Shown one piece after another: positions 51,901-64,000 of a stretch of DNA of 64,000 nt (position 1 is the first letter of the stretch; the number at the start of each line of letters is the position of its first letter). Made by a program: the position numbers and the translations under genes. This DNA comes from Macrostomum lignano (taxonomy: Eukaryota): NCBI GenBank assembly GCA_002269645.1, contig NIVC01002245.1, positions 62,001 through 126,000 of the forward strand, in the 5' to 3' direction. The notes under the pieces were generated by a model. The model saw only the letters and a list, made by a program, of their open reading frames with translations, did not search any database and was not told the origin of the DNA.

Positions 51901-53095
51901 GTAGACAAGGCATGTAAGCTACTGTAATGTAATGTAGACAAGGCATGTAAGCTACTGTAATGTAATGTATACAAGGCATGTAAGCTGCTGTAATGTAATG
52001 TATACAAGGCATGTAAGCTACTGTAATGTAATGTAGACAAGGCATGTAAGCTGCTGTAATGTAATGTAGACAAGACATGTAAGCTACTGTAATGTAATGT
52101 AGACAAGGCATGTAAGCTACTGTAATGTAATTTAGACAAGGCATGGAAGCTACTGTAATGTAATGGAGACAAGGCATGTAAGCTGCTGTAATGTAATGGA
52201 GACAAGGCATGTAAGCTACTGTAATGTAATTTAGACAAGGCATGGAAGCTACTGTAATGTAATGTAGACAAGGCATGTAAGCTACTGTAATGTAATGTAT
52301 ACAAGACATGTAAGCTGCTGTAATGTAATGTATACAAGGCATGTAAGCTGCTGTAATGTAATGTAGACAAGGCATGTAAGCTGCTGTAATGTAATGTAGA
52401 CAAGGCATGTAAGCTACTGTAATGTAATGTAGACAAGGCATGTAAGCTGCTGTAATGTAATGTAGACAAGGCATGGAAGCTACTGTAATGTAATATAGAC
52501 AAGGCATGTAAGCTGCTGTAATGTAATGTAGACAAGGCATGTAAGCTACTGTAATGTAATGTAGACAAGGCATGTAAGCTACTGTAATGCAATGTATGCA
52601 GGGTGTGCTAACTAACTGAAATACATGTAAATGTGACAGCCATGCTAGCTATGTAAGCTAGACAGCCAAGACCAGCATATTACAAAGAAGGCGAGAAGAG
52701 AAAGTGGAAAGCAGAGCAGGCAGCACCAAAAGATATTAGGCTGTCACAAGCACGCTAAAAACTTTGCGCGGGAAGTGGGGCACTGGAGTGTGTAGGGCAG
52801 AGTGAGCGAGTGAATGATGAGAGAAGACAGCCGACTGCGGGAGAGACAAGTCTAATTCCGCTAATTCCCCCATGAGCAAAGGGGATAAGGAGCCCGACAG
52901 CTGAGTAGTGCTAACACAGCTGCGCCGGAGTTGAGCAGAGAGCCGGTATTGTAATGAAATTTATGGGCGAGACTCACCAAGTAGCAGCAGCTTGATGTCC
53001 TTGGCGGCCTGGACCCCGTCCTCTTTCAAGAGGCGATCGATGGTCTTGGATTGCTCCTGCGCCTGCCGCTCCTCCGCGCTCAGCGTGCAGCCCAT
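45985..53095 (-). CDS. GNAO1: Heterotrimeric G protein alpha-o subunit (354 aa)
   Basis: Exons 53095-52978 (118), 50190-50148 (43), 50054-49913 (142), 49117-48828 (290), 47751-47622 (130), 47527-47374 (154) and 46172-45985 (188) total 1065 nt. [33 protein letters not shown]; C-terminus NNLRGCGLY. Confidence 0.96.
46190..47235. repeat. 26-bp intronic minisatellite
   Basis: GATACATATCGGTTAAAACGATTTTT. Confidence 0.93.
47880..48730. repeat. 21-bp intronic minisatellite
   Basis: GGGATTGGGATGTGAATGGTT. Confidence 0.93.
49145..49830. repeat. About 21-bp intronic minisatellite
   Basis: TGTCTAACAGATCTAGGGAAA. Confidence 0.92.
50850..52595. repeat. 33-bp intronic minisatellite
   Basis: GTAATGTAATGTAGACAAGGCATGTAAGCTGCT. 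Confidence 0.95.
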
Positions 53096-53379
53096 GACGG
53101 CGGCGCTTGGGTGTGAACTCCGGTGTGACAGGAAATCAAAATAAGTATTTAAACTGCTGCTGAGCCAACACCTCGGGAATGAGTTTATAGAAATTGGGCT
53201 GCTCAAGTTGGTCTGTAAATGGTGTTTGCTGGCATGAAATCGTAAACAATATGGCAGCTGTGACTATGGAAATATGGAGTAGTTTGTAGCTTTTGATGTA
53301 GATTTCCATACTTTTTGGTTTTGAATAATTAGAACAATGTAAAAAAACTTGTATACAATCTAGCACATGCTGTGAGTCA

Positions 53380-53665
53380 GAGGAGAGGAGAGAGGGGAGA
53401 GAGATGGAAAAGATGAGGGAAGAGCAGGGGATAGAGGAGAGAGGGGAGAGGGGAAATGAGAGGGGAGATGAGAGGAGAGGGGAGAGAAATGGAGAAAATG
53501 AGGGAAGAGCAGGGGAGAGAGGAGAGAGGGGAGAGGGGAAATGAGAGGGGAGATGAGAGGAGAGAGGGGAGAGAAATGGAGAAAATGAGGGAAGAGCAGG
53601 GGAGAGAGGAGAGAGGGGAGATAAGATAGGTGAGGAGAGAGGAGAGGGAATAGGAAGAGAGGGGA
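53380..53665. repeat. AG-rich tract with internal duplication, upstream of G-alpha-o
   Basis: Direct reading. Confidence 0.85.
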
Positions 53666-55427
53666 CACAAACCTTGAGCAGGCAAAATTTAGGTAGGGGG
53701 TTATATAATGTGCAAGTTACAAAGCAAGAGTGTCTTACAAGGCTGCTTTTAAATTTCAGCCAAAATTTTACAGGTTTAACAAGCTTGTACCATTTCACTT
53801 TAAGATCTATCCCATATCCCTAAGAAGACAGAGTTTCAAAATTCTCGCATGATGCCAAATAAATAGTTTGACCAAATCAATGCCAATAAGAAGATAGGAG
53901 CAAGTGATAGAAAGAACAAGCAACTAACCAAAGTGGACAATATGGTTCAAAACATCATTGACAAGCAGTTGCTCTTGTCTCATGCAGACATATGCTTGTT
54001 CTACTATAAGCAAGCTTTTTGCTATTTTCATAAATTTTCAGACTGCTATTATACATTATATTATTCTTTTGCACTTAGTCCACATTTAATTTAAGTCGAA
54101 ATGGCATAATATAATCCAGGGGTCCCCAACCTGTGGCCTGCAGGCCAATTCTGTGGCCCACAGCCCTCTTTTCCAATTTTGCATTTGATGCAGCCCACTG
54201 AGTAAAATAGATAGAAAATTTGTAGGGAAAGGTGTCATTTTGTAGGGAAAGGTGTCATTTTGTAGGGAAAGGTGTCATTTTGTAGTAGACTGATACTATA
54301 TATTGACTTTGATCTAATTTTTCCTAATTTTTGTGCACTTTTTGCAGCCCACATATCTTGCTTTTAGGCTCAAGAATATCTATTAGCTCATTTGCTACCT
54401 AAGGGCTAGCCTATTGGGTAAGCAACCATTCATCTCCTAGATTTTATACAAGGAGACCACACTATGGACATTAGTACTACTAGATTTATGCGACACTGTG
54501 CTAGCATTAGCTGCCTATATTCATTAGAGATTAACAGAATCATTGGCAAAATCTCTTACTATAGTTGGATACTTGGAAGTGGCATACCTAGGAATTTATG
54601 AAGGGGGAACAGATTTTAAAAAGTAAAAAGGAAGAAGGCAAAAGGGTTGCTTAATATTTTGGCAAAAATGTTAGGGTCCCTCTTTTGGATTATTTTTCAG
54701 TCTATCTAAAGGAAGCAATTGCCTTTCTTCCCCAACCCCCAATAGCTAAGTAAAACAACTAATGTATATAAATTATTATATTATTAAAAGCCTATATAAT
54801 ATTAAAAATCCCTATGCTAATGGCTATGCCTATGGCAATTTTCTAAATAAATGGCCAAACAAATCTAAATATTTATTGTATAAGCCTTAGTAAAAATATA
54901 TGCATAAAATTTAACATTTAAAAGTTCATATCTTTTATGTCTTGCTAGTTTTAAATGATAATTAAGCCTAAACTTTCCTTGTTATGTTGTAATTTATTTT
55001 CATAGGGGCCTATTTAATAGCCTGAGAATCAATCAAAAGGGCAATAGATCAAAGGTGATAGTCAAAAGGGCATTAGTTATAGCATTTATATTTATTAGAT
55101 GAATAAACAATTAGACCATTCAACAATGTACATTATTTTGATAAATAAGGAGAATGAGGTAGATATACAATAATACAAATATAGTATGCTGTAAGATTTA
55201 TAGTTTGTCAATTTCATTAAAGCAAGTATAATTTGGTAGGAGGTATTGACTAATTATAAAAAGTTGACAAGGATGTAAAGGCATATAAAATACCAATTAT
55301 AAGTCCTACTAGCTCATTTGTAAATTTAAAAAATACATTTTAACAAATACAAGTCTAATACAATTGAACTACTTGTACATATTTTGCTATCACATTTAAA
55401 GATATAGCAACCCTGTCTATGGTTCTA

Positions 55428-56466
55428 GGACATTTTGTCAAATACCATTTCATCAAAAGCCTTTTTGCCAAACAATAATTTGGTCATTTTGTCAAATGGC
55501 AAATAAAATAGAGCCTACTAAAATTTAAATTAAATAGTTAAAATAGTTTTCTAAGTAATTAGTTTATTGTCCTGCTAAGTTAAGATAAAATTATATCTAA
55601 GGGACGTTATTACCTTTTGTTCAAGAAAAAGGTTTCTAAGAAAAAAAACATGAAAAAAGAATTTAATCCTAATCCTAACTTTTAATTTTTCCCTAACTGT
55701 ATATTATACATGCGCAACCTCCAAAATTCAGTCAGCCATGCCACTTAATTTTAACAAAAATGTGACTTACATGTAAAAGAAACCCTAACACAAAATTAAT
55801 GCAACTTTGGGTGAATGGCAGGAGTAGCTATGACTTTCTTATTAAAGCAAAATGCCTCATCATCTACTTAGTACTACTTGGGTATTTATTTAGATGGGCA
55901 TTTTTGCAACTTACCTTGGTTGGCTGCCAAATTGGTCAGCCAGATCAGCTGACTTGGCCAACTGTTGCACATGTATGCTGTATATCTTAGCTTTGTGAAT
56001 AGACACAGTATTTTACTTTGTTAAATTATACTCTTATTATATTATTATTGTATCATTAATATTAATACTAACTATATAATTGCATAGTTTCAATATTTTA
56101 CCATGCAATGATAAATATATTGACTACAATTGAGAATATTAATGGCAATAATACACATCAAATTGAATTGCCAATCAATTATCACTTTTGACAAAATAAG
56201 AAAGTATAAAAGTTAATTGCATCTTTTTTTGAGTGAAAAGAGTGTTAAAAATTTAAATATATATTTAGGCCTTTTCTTAGAAACATGTCTTTTTAAATAA
56301 GCAGTATACTTCCTTTTCAATGCTGACCTCTTTAAGCATTCATGAAACTGATCTAAAGTATTAAATTTAATTTAAATTTATAATTATGCATACACTATTT
56401 GACAAACTGACCAAATGACTATTTGACAAAAAGGCTTTTAATGAAAAGGTTTTTGATGAAATATCC
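55428..56466. mobile_element. Putative MITE with about 70-bp degenerate inverted ends
   Basis: GGACATTTTGTCAAA..CATCAAAAGCCTTTTTG..TTTGGTCATTTTGTCAAAT is inverted at about 56395-56466; no TSD seen. Confidence 0.5.
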
Positions 56467-56865
56467 AGTCACTGGCCTATCAGTCACAGTCTAGTTATCA
56501 CCACCTTGTCTATAACTATAATCCAAAAAACTATAGAAATAGCAGCCATGTCTCTAATACTGATTATGCTCATACTTATAAACATGGCTAAGTTACTATG
56601 TCTATAATATTAGAACTTATTGACACAATGTCCAACTTTTTACAATATAGAATGCATCTTATATTAGATACAATAGCCATGTCAATAAGTCTACATAGTG
56701 CTAGTAGCCATGTCATTAACAGTTCATACTTAAAGACATAAAGGATACCATAGTCTGGATCATGCTGGGTACATACCCAAATAATTACAAATGATATATC
56801 TCTTGGTTCTAGATGGAGCCATCTCTGACATGCCAAAAAATGACTTTTTATATTGCATAATGGAC

Positions 56866-57225
56866 AGGGGGGCCATAGCTCAGCAGTAGCACAGCTGCTC
56901 TGGTATGCCAGTGACCTAGGCTTGATTCCAAGTGCAGTCACATTAATTTGGGGCTGAATTGGAATCTCGGCTTGGCTCTGCTTGTGCAATTAATGGCCTT
57001 GAGAGCCAACCCCCAAGGCACAGTGAAGTGTACATGCCTAACGATAATATAAAGTTAGGGCCGCTGTACACTCCTGTGTGAGTGTGTGCCTGCATACATA
57101 TCCGTGCGCTTTTATGCCTGCTCAGGGGAGTCAGCGGAATGGGCAGCAATGCCTCTCGCCAGTTATGTGCCTATATTGCTTAAAGTGCGCCAGGGTGCAC
57201 ACAACCCCCCTGCCTTTAATAAAAA
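56866..57225 (+). mobile_element. tRNA-derived SINE, 360 bp, with 14-bp TSD
   Basis: GGGGGCCATAGCTCAGCAGTAGC A-box-like head; GGCTTGATTCC B-box-like; A-rich tail TTTAATAAAAA; TSD ATTGCATAATGGAC at 56852-56865 and 57226-57239. Confidence 0.85.
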
Positions 57226-59459
57226 ATTGCATAATGGACTCTTTTTGGCAAATAATTTGGTTCATTTGTATACTATTTTGATGATATTATACATAGTGAA
57301 AAATTAATACATACAAAAATTTGTTTAAATACTTTATTATAAGCTTTAAAAACTGAAAAAAACTTAAAATTTACATTTCAAAATGAACTTTTTTTAACTT
57401 TTTTCTAATTCATAATAACTTTTTTTGCATGATTCTATGAAATGCATACCAAGTATACATGTGCACATGCACACACTATTTTCTTAGGAATAATATATGC
57501 CAACTATGCATGCCTACTTTTGGCATGCAAGGCCAATGCACACTGGAATTTTTGGGCATATACTATATGATCTGGAGTGTAGAGAGGGTAGCCATCCATG
57601 TCCTTAAAATATAGTCTATTTGACACTAGCTAAAGATAGCAATGGTCTTTTATTGCCAAAGTTTAAAGCAATAATACTATATATACTTATATGGCAAATG
57701 TACCTATAAGCTCAAACATTATAGACATGGCTACCATTTCAATAAGTACTTCATGTTAATAAATACAAGTCTAATATGAATTTGTAATTGCAATAAATAT
57801 ATAAATATTTTGTGACTATCACCCTTTTGATTATTGCCTTTTTGATCTATCACCTTTTTTACCTATAACTTAAATAGGCCTTGGCTAGGGCCTAAATATT
57901 AAGGCTAGGGGCCTATGCCCTATGGTTGTAGCCAAAGTCATAATATTTGAGATTGTCTTATGCAGCTTATGAGAAAACAACTAAATTATTTAAATGATCA
58001 AATTAAATATGACCTAAATAGGTCAAAATACTATTTATTTTGTTAGGCTAGTGTTTTTTAATTTATGATGCTGGATCTATACAAAAAGCCAAAGTTAGTA
58101 AAATTGATTTTTACCAATATTTAGATTAGAACAAGTTAGTAACTAACTAGTAAGCAGTAGCAATATGAACAGGCCTTAACTTGAGCCAAGGCAACAAGCA
58201 AAATACACTCCACTTTAAAAATAGACAAATAATGACCTGTTGACTACTAGAATCTTCATATTACTCGGTCCAAATCGATAATTTTCAAAGGCCTATATAA
58301 TTCTCATAATTTAATTTATGTTTAATAACCGCACTCTTGCCTCATAAATTGTCACGTTTCCTGGAAAGCCCTAAACATTTGTAAAAAACTTAATTCTCAA
58401 AGCTATTCGTTTTAACCAATTCTGATTCTTGAATATAAATATTACGAATTACTTCAGGTCTGGATGCGATTATTGTAAAAAGGGTAACTGATTACTTATC
58501 TAAGGTTAACCAATTTTAACATTCATTTAGTTCGGTTAACATCTGTTACGACAGATTGTTTTGTTAGTATAGTTTTTAGATTGTGCAGATAATGCCAATG
58601 GATATATGCTTGTCTGTTACCAAATAAAATAACATTTTTTAGTTTTGAAAAATAAGCCTAAAGGATTAATTTTATTAGAATTAGTTTAAACTAGTTGCGC
58701 ATTGCATAATAATTTGCAAACAAACTGTCGTCCGATATTTAGGCCTATCCATCTGCTGACACGCGGCTAGCCTAGCCTAGGATAGTACGATTTAATAATC
58801 TCCCTCCGTCCTCCTAGTCCTCGTCTTATTTCTAGTTTCGCGCGAAAAAAATCGAATTTAGAAGTAAGGTCTTTTCATTTTTGGTAGGGCCTATAGCTAT
58901 TTTTGAAGTTAGGCATTGAATCTTTAAGTCAGGCCCTAGGCCTATCTATGACTGTATGAGTTGCATTGCATGTTTTGCTGCTAAGTTTCAATTCAATTTC
59001 TACTCCAGACTAGGCTAGACAATTCTAGTATACAGTGTAGGTGTAGCCGTGTAGGCCCTACACTGCCCTAGTAAGTGTAAAGCCAAACCAACCAAAAACA
59101 AGTCTTTGTTTGTTAATTAATAAAATTCAAAACATAATATTCAATTATTCAAAAAATTCATAGAAAAATATTCTATTTTTCCATTTTTGTAGGCCTAGCT
59201 GCCTAGGAGCTTATTAAATATGTCTTAAGCTAAAGCAGGGATTGGCAACCTTTTTCCACTTGAGGGCCAGATGAGGTTTTCAGTTCAAGACAGACCATAG
59301 GCCTATGCCATAGGTTGCCTTCCTTCCCTGGGTCTTTACCCTCCAGAATTCACTACCTGGGTCTGTACCCTCTAGAATTTGCCCCCTGAGGTTTTACTTT
59401 CTAGAATCCACCCTTGGGTCTTAACTAGGCTTATATTATTACATTTATAGGCATGCTTG

Positions 59460-59625
59460 GGCACAACCTTGGGATTCACTTGGCCAACAGCCATTTCTAT
59501 TGGCAATACACACATGTAAGTCGCTATTGGACAGAATAGTAGTCACGTGACTGCTCTCAGCCAATAGCGACTTACATGTATGTGTTGCCAATAGAAACGG
59601 CCAGGTGATTCCCAAAGTTGCACAT
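59460..59625. other. About 165-bp imperfect palindrome centred on AGTCACGTGACT
   Basis: Arms TTTCTATTGGCAA..ACATGTAAGTCGCTATTGG / CCAATAGCGACTTACATGT..TTGCCAATAGAAA; centre TCACGTGA at 59543-59550. Confidence 0.85.
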
Positions 59626-61200
59626 ATATGTTTGTAGGCCAACAATTCAATGACAATTCTCATTGTTGGCCTAATATTACCTCACTTTCCTTTGTTGCTA
59701 ATTACCCTATTTCTATTCTATTTGAAAGTTTTGAATGATGTGCTATCTGTCTAAAGTTAATAAATAGCCACTTATACAATTTTATTAAATTCCCTATTTT
59801 AGTGCACAAAACTTTTGTAAGAGAAACAACAAATTTACAATAAAATTGCAGGCTAAATTATTATAATTAAGATTAAAGATATTTGCCGGCTATAAAAAAA
59901 GTCTTTGCAGGCTAGGCTAAATCTGGCTTGCAAGCTGAAGGCTGCTAAAACCTAAGCAAAAAGTTATTATAAAGTAAACAGTAAATAAAATGGATTTTAT
60001 TTGTTTGTTTTTAATGATAACCTTAACATTAAGAAAATAATATTTAGCCCTAAATAATAATTGTCTATTATAGGCCTATAGAGTTCCACTATAACCAAAT
60101 TTTTCCTATATCTATATCTATGCATGATAGGCCTATCTTGAAGTTTTTCCTATAACCTAGCTAGGCCCTATCCATATCTATCTGTAGCTAATAAACTTTC
60201 TATAACTATTATACAATGCTAAGACCTAGAGCCTAATAGATGCCTTGGAGAGACAATTGGATCTTGCATATATAGCCATGTTGCATTCAAAATAATTGTG
60301 TGTCTAATATAATAGCTTTTTAACCTGTTGCTTAAATGATAACTTTGACTAGTTGGCTATATCTATTATCCAGTTAGAGGCCTACTGCCTTGATTTATTA
60401 TACAAAGTGCTTCTGTTCAAGCTGTAAGGACTACACAAACAAGGCCAAGGGCAAATAGCAAGATACCTTGATTAGCTTTTGACTGAATGCTAGTGCTTAG
60501 ACCAAATAGAGGGTGTGACTTTAGGTCTATGGCCCGGAGACACATTTAGTCTTTTCTTCCTTTTCTAGCCATTCTAGGGCTGGTGGGAGAAGTATTTTGT
60601 TATTGTTAACTCTTTCTCTCTCTCTTTTTTCCTCTGTTGTCTCTCCTTTCTTCTCTTCTTTCCCTTCTCTTCTCTTTCCCTTCTTTCCTTCTCTGCCCTC
60701 ACAACTTTTCCTTTTCTGGCAATCTTCTAGTTTTGCACATAGGCTAACACTAGACACAGGCTGCATATAGCTCTCTCTTCTCATTCTCTCCTCTCCCTTT
60801 TCTCCCCTCTCTCCTGACATATCTGTTCTCATTGTTGAAGTAACTAAAGTAACAAAATCTCCTATTCTTACCAAGATCTTCTGTGAGGGCAATGGCCTAT
60901 TTATCAGTTATTTTCCAAGAAGCTTCCTTTGCAATCTAGCCTTCTTTGATAGTGGCAAATGCTGGGTAGCTTTCCCATTATACTCGTAGTTTCATTCATC
61001 TTAACTTAAGCCCCTACCATCCCAACCACAACATGCATGTGGTGTCAAAAATTAGTTTGAGTCCCTGACCCTTAGGACTTAAGAGCTCCCTTTGTATTGA
61101 AAATGAAAACCTTAACTCTAACCCCCTGTTGCCTCACTTACTACTGACAGTGTAAGTAGACAATAGCAAATTTATAACAAAACTTGATGCCTTAGCAGCC

Positions 61201-62915
61201 ATGACGCGCTACGCCAGGGGCGGCCAGGCCAACAAGAAAAAGCCAAACGAGGCCAGCAGCTGGGCTCAGATGAAAGCCGATTTGCTCACAGCCAAGTCCA
61301 AGTCTAAATCTTCTCCAGCTGCTGCAGGCGGCCGGGTGATCACCCGATTGAAAAATGGTCACTACGTGGTCCGCATCGGCTCGTACGAGCGCGTACTCCG
61401 CTCCGAGGCCGAGCTGCGCCAGTGGAAACGGGCCGGGTCTGAGCGGCGCCGGCAGCAGCGGAAACGGCACCGGGAGGCGGACAGAGTCTGCTTTCACTGC
61501 CGGCAGCCGGGCCACCTGGTCAGCGACTGTCCCGAAGTGAGCGGCGCCGCCAGTGCCAGCGGCGCGGCTGCGTAAGTGCCAAGGCTGTGCCAAGTGCCAA
61601 GGCAGGCACTGATCCCTGCGGTTTCTGCGTATCTCAGGCCCGAACATTCACAAGAGTTGCCTTTGAATTTCCCGTTTGCATTAAATACCCAAGGCATTAG
61701 AATCCCTTATTAGTATCCAAGCCATTAGATTCCCCTATTAGTATCCAAGCCATTAGAATCCCCTATTAGTATCCAAGCCATTAGATTCCCCTATTAGTTT
61801 CCAAGCCATTAGATTCCCCTATTAGTTTCCAAGCCATTAGATTCCCCTATTAGTTTCCAAGCCATTAGATTCCCCTATTAGTTTCCAAGCCATTAGATTC
61901 CCCTATTAGTTTCCAAGCCATTAGATTCCCCTATTAGTATCCAAGCCATTAGAATCCCCTATTAGTATCCAAGCCATTAGAATCCCCTATTAGTATCCAA
62001 GCCATTAGATTCCCCTATTAGTATCCAAGCCATTAGAATCCCTTATTAGTATCCAAGCCATTAGAATCCCTTATTAGTATCCAAGCCATTAGAATCCCTT
62101 ATTAGTATCCAAGCCATTAGATTCCCCTATTAGTATCCAAGCCATTAGATTCCCCTATTAGTATCCAAGCCATTAGATTCCCCTATTAGTATCCAAGCCA
62201 TTAGAATCCCTTATTAGTATCCAAGCTATTAGAATCCCTTATTAGTATCCAAGCCATTAGATTCCCCTATTAGTATCCAAGCCATTAGAATTCCCTATTA
62301 GTATCCAAGCCATTAGAATCCCCTATTAGTATCCAAGCCATTAGAATCCCCTATTAGTATCCAAACCATTAGAATCCCCTATTAGTATCCAAGCCATTAG
62401 AATCCCCTATTAGTATCCAAGCCATTAGAATCACTGCAGACCAACAGAAAGCAACTCTGACCGCCGTTCTCTTTAGCATTTGCTTTCGCTGCGGCTCCAG
62501 CGAACACGCGCTCTCTGCCTGTCCGAAGATGCCCCGGCCGGGCAGCAGTTCGGACACGTCGGCCGGCCAGCAGCAGCAGCCGGACCTGCCGTTCGCGAGC
62601 TGCTTCGTGTGCGGCCGCAGCGGCCACCTGTCCCGGTCGTGCCCCGACAATCCTCGCGGCCTCTACCCCAAGGGCGGCGGCTGCCTGCTGTGCTCCAGCG
62701 TCGAGCACTTCAAGCGCGACTGCCCGCTGATGCAGCGCCGTCGAGCGGCGGAGGTGTCGGCCGCCGAAGTCGCCCTGCCGTTGTCGTCCGGTAGAGGCGG
62801 CGCCGATGACGAGGTTCCTCTGTTGCCATCGATTCTGGAGACCCGCCCGGATGGCGACGGGGCTGCAAATCAGCCGAAGGCCAAGAAGAAGAAGGTCAAG
62901 GTTGTCGTGCTCTAG
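61201..62915 (+). CDS. ZCCHC9: Zinc finger CCHC domain-containing protein 9 (269 aa)
   Basis: Exons 61201-61571 and 62477-62915 (phase 2). MTRYARG..ASSWAQMK; four CCHC knuckles (CFHCRQPGHLVSDC, CFRCGSSEHALSAC, CFVCGRSGHLSRSC, CLLCSSVEHFKRDC); PDNPRGLYPKGGGC; ends KVVVL. Confidence 0.92.
61695..62432. repeat. 28-bp intronic minisatellite
   Basis: AGTATCCAAGCCATTAGATTCCCCTATT. Confidence 0.93.
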
Positions 62916-62937
62916 CGGCATCTGCTCATTTATGTGA

Positions 62938-63725
62938 AGATTTGGGATTCTGATCCCATTGAGATTGGGATTCTGATCCCATTGAGATTGGGATTCTAAT
63001 CCCATTGAGATTGAAATTCTGATCCCATTGAGATTGAAATTCTGATCCCATTGAGATTGAAATTCTAATCCCATTGAGATTGTTATTCTAATCCCATTGA
63101 GATTGTTATTCTAATCCCATTGAGATTGAAATTCTAATCCCATTGAGATTGAAATTCTAATCCCATTGAGATTGAAATTCTGATCCCATTGAGATTGAAA
63201 TTCTAATCCCATTGAGATTGAAATTCTAATCCCATTGAGATTGAAATTCTGATCCCATTGAGATTGTTATTCTAATCCCATTGAGATTGAAATTCTAATC
63301 CCATTGAGATTGAAATTCTGATCCCATTGAGATTGAAATTCTAATCCCATTGAGATTGAAATTCTAATCCCATTGAGATTGAAATTCTGATCCCATTGAG
63401 ATTGTTATTCTAATCCCATTGAGATTGAAATTCTAATCCCATTGAGATTGAAATTCTGATCCCATTGAGATTGTTATTCTAATCCCATTGAGATTGAAAT
63501 TCTGATCCCATTGAGATTGTTATTCTAATCCCATTGAGATTGAAATTCTAATCCCATTGAGATTGAAATTCTGATCCCATTGAGATTGTTATTCTAATCC
63601 CATTGAGATTGAAATTCTAATCCCATTGAGATTGAAATTCTAATCCCATTGAGATTGTTATTCTAATCCCATTGAGATTGTTATTCTGATCCCATTGCGA
63701 TTGGGATTCTGATTCCATTGAGATT
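62938..63725. repeat. 23-bp minisatellite immediately 3' of ZCCHC9
   Basis: ATTCTAATCCCATTGAGATTGAA. Confidence 0.94.
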
Positions 63726-64000
63726 GCAGGTGACAGTGCTGAGATATGGATTGAGAGTAAATCAGTACCCAAGTAATTCGGGTTAGCTGGTCAGTAGTCT
63801 GTTACGGTTACTAATTCTAATTTATAATTGTAAACCTGTAATCGTTTTGCCTTCATCAAAGGGCAGACAAATACAATATTTTTTAATCCTCTATCTCTGC
63901 ATTTCTAATGCGCTCATTTGACTTAATTATCTCATTTCATTTTTGTTGCTTCAATAAACTGATAGGCTTTAAATATCAATTATCTATAAGTTTTCCAGTG

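Noticed and set aside
50747-52592. 608-aa and 580-aa ORFs
   Set aside because: Translations of the 33-bp intronic minisatellite in G-alpha-o intron 1.
54117-54175. hAT-like TIR starts (CAGGGGTCCCCAACC; also CAGGGATTGGCA near 36772 and 59237, and CAGGGGCGGATCC near 16895)
   Set aside because: Matching second ends and TSDs could not be identified by eye.

Overview
Eukaryotic animal genomic DNA: GC-rich spliced exons, with introns filled by micro- and minisatellites. This style suggests a flatworm such as Macrostomum (inference, not verified). Positions 1-16.6 kb hold two copies of a tail-to-tail gene pair: a type I membrane receptor with a degenerate SEFIR/TIR-like tail (IL-17-receptor-like, + strand) and an intronless secreted protein with two tandem IL-17/PTTH-type cystine-knot-like domains (- strand). 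Between copies, the presumed recognition halves (receptor ectodomain, ligand N-domain) are highly diverged while the facing 3' halves are nearly identical at the nucleotide level. Downstream lie an eclosion-hormone-like neuropeptide, FoxJ2/3, a mariner, a PAN+fibrinogen-domain gene, a young Gypsy LTR element with a canonical -1 frameshift signal nested in an older Gypsy, several MITEs and SINEs, an FAD-dependent oxidoreductase, a small Cys-rich membrane protein, G-alpha-o and ZCCHC9. Exon structures were derived by hand from splice sites and phase. Family calls are by motif recognition only; no database search was run.
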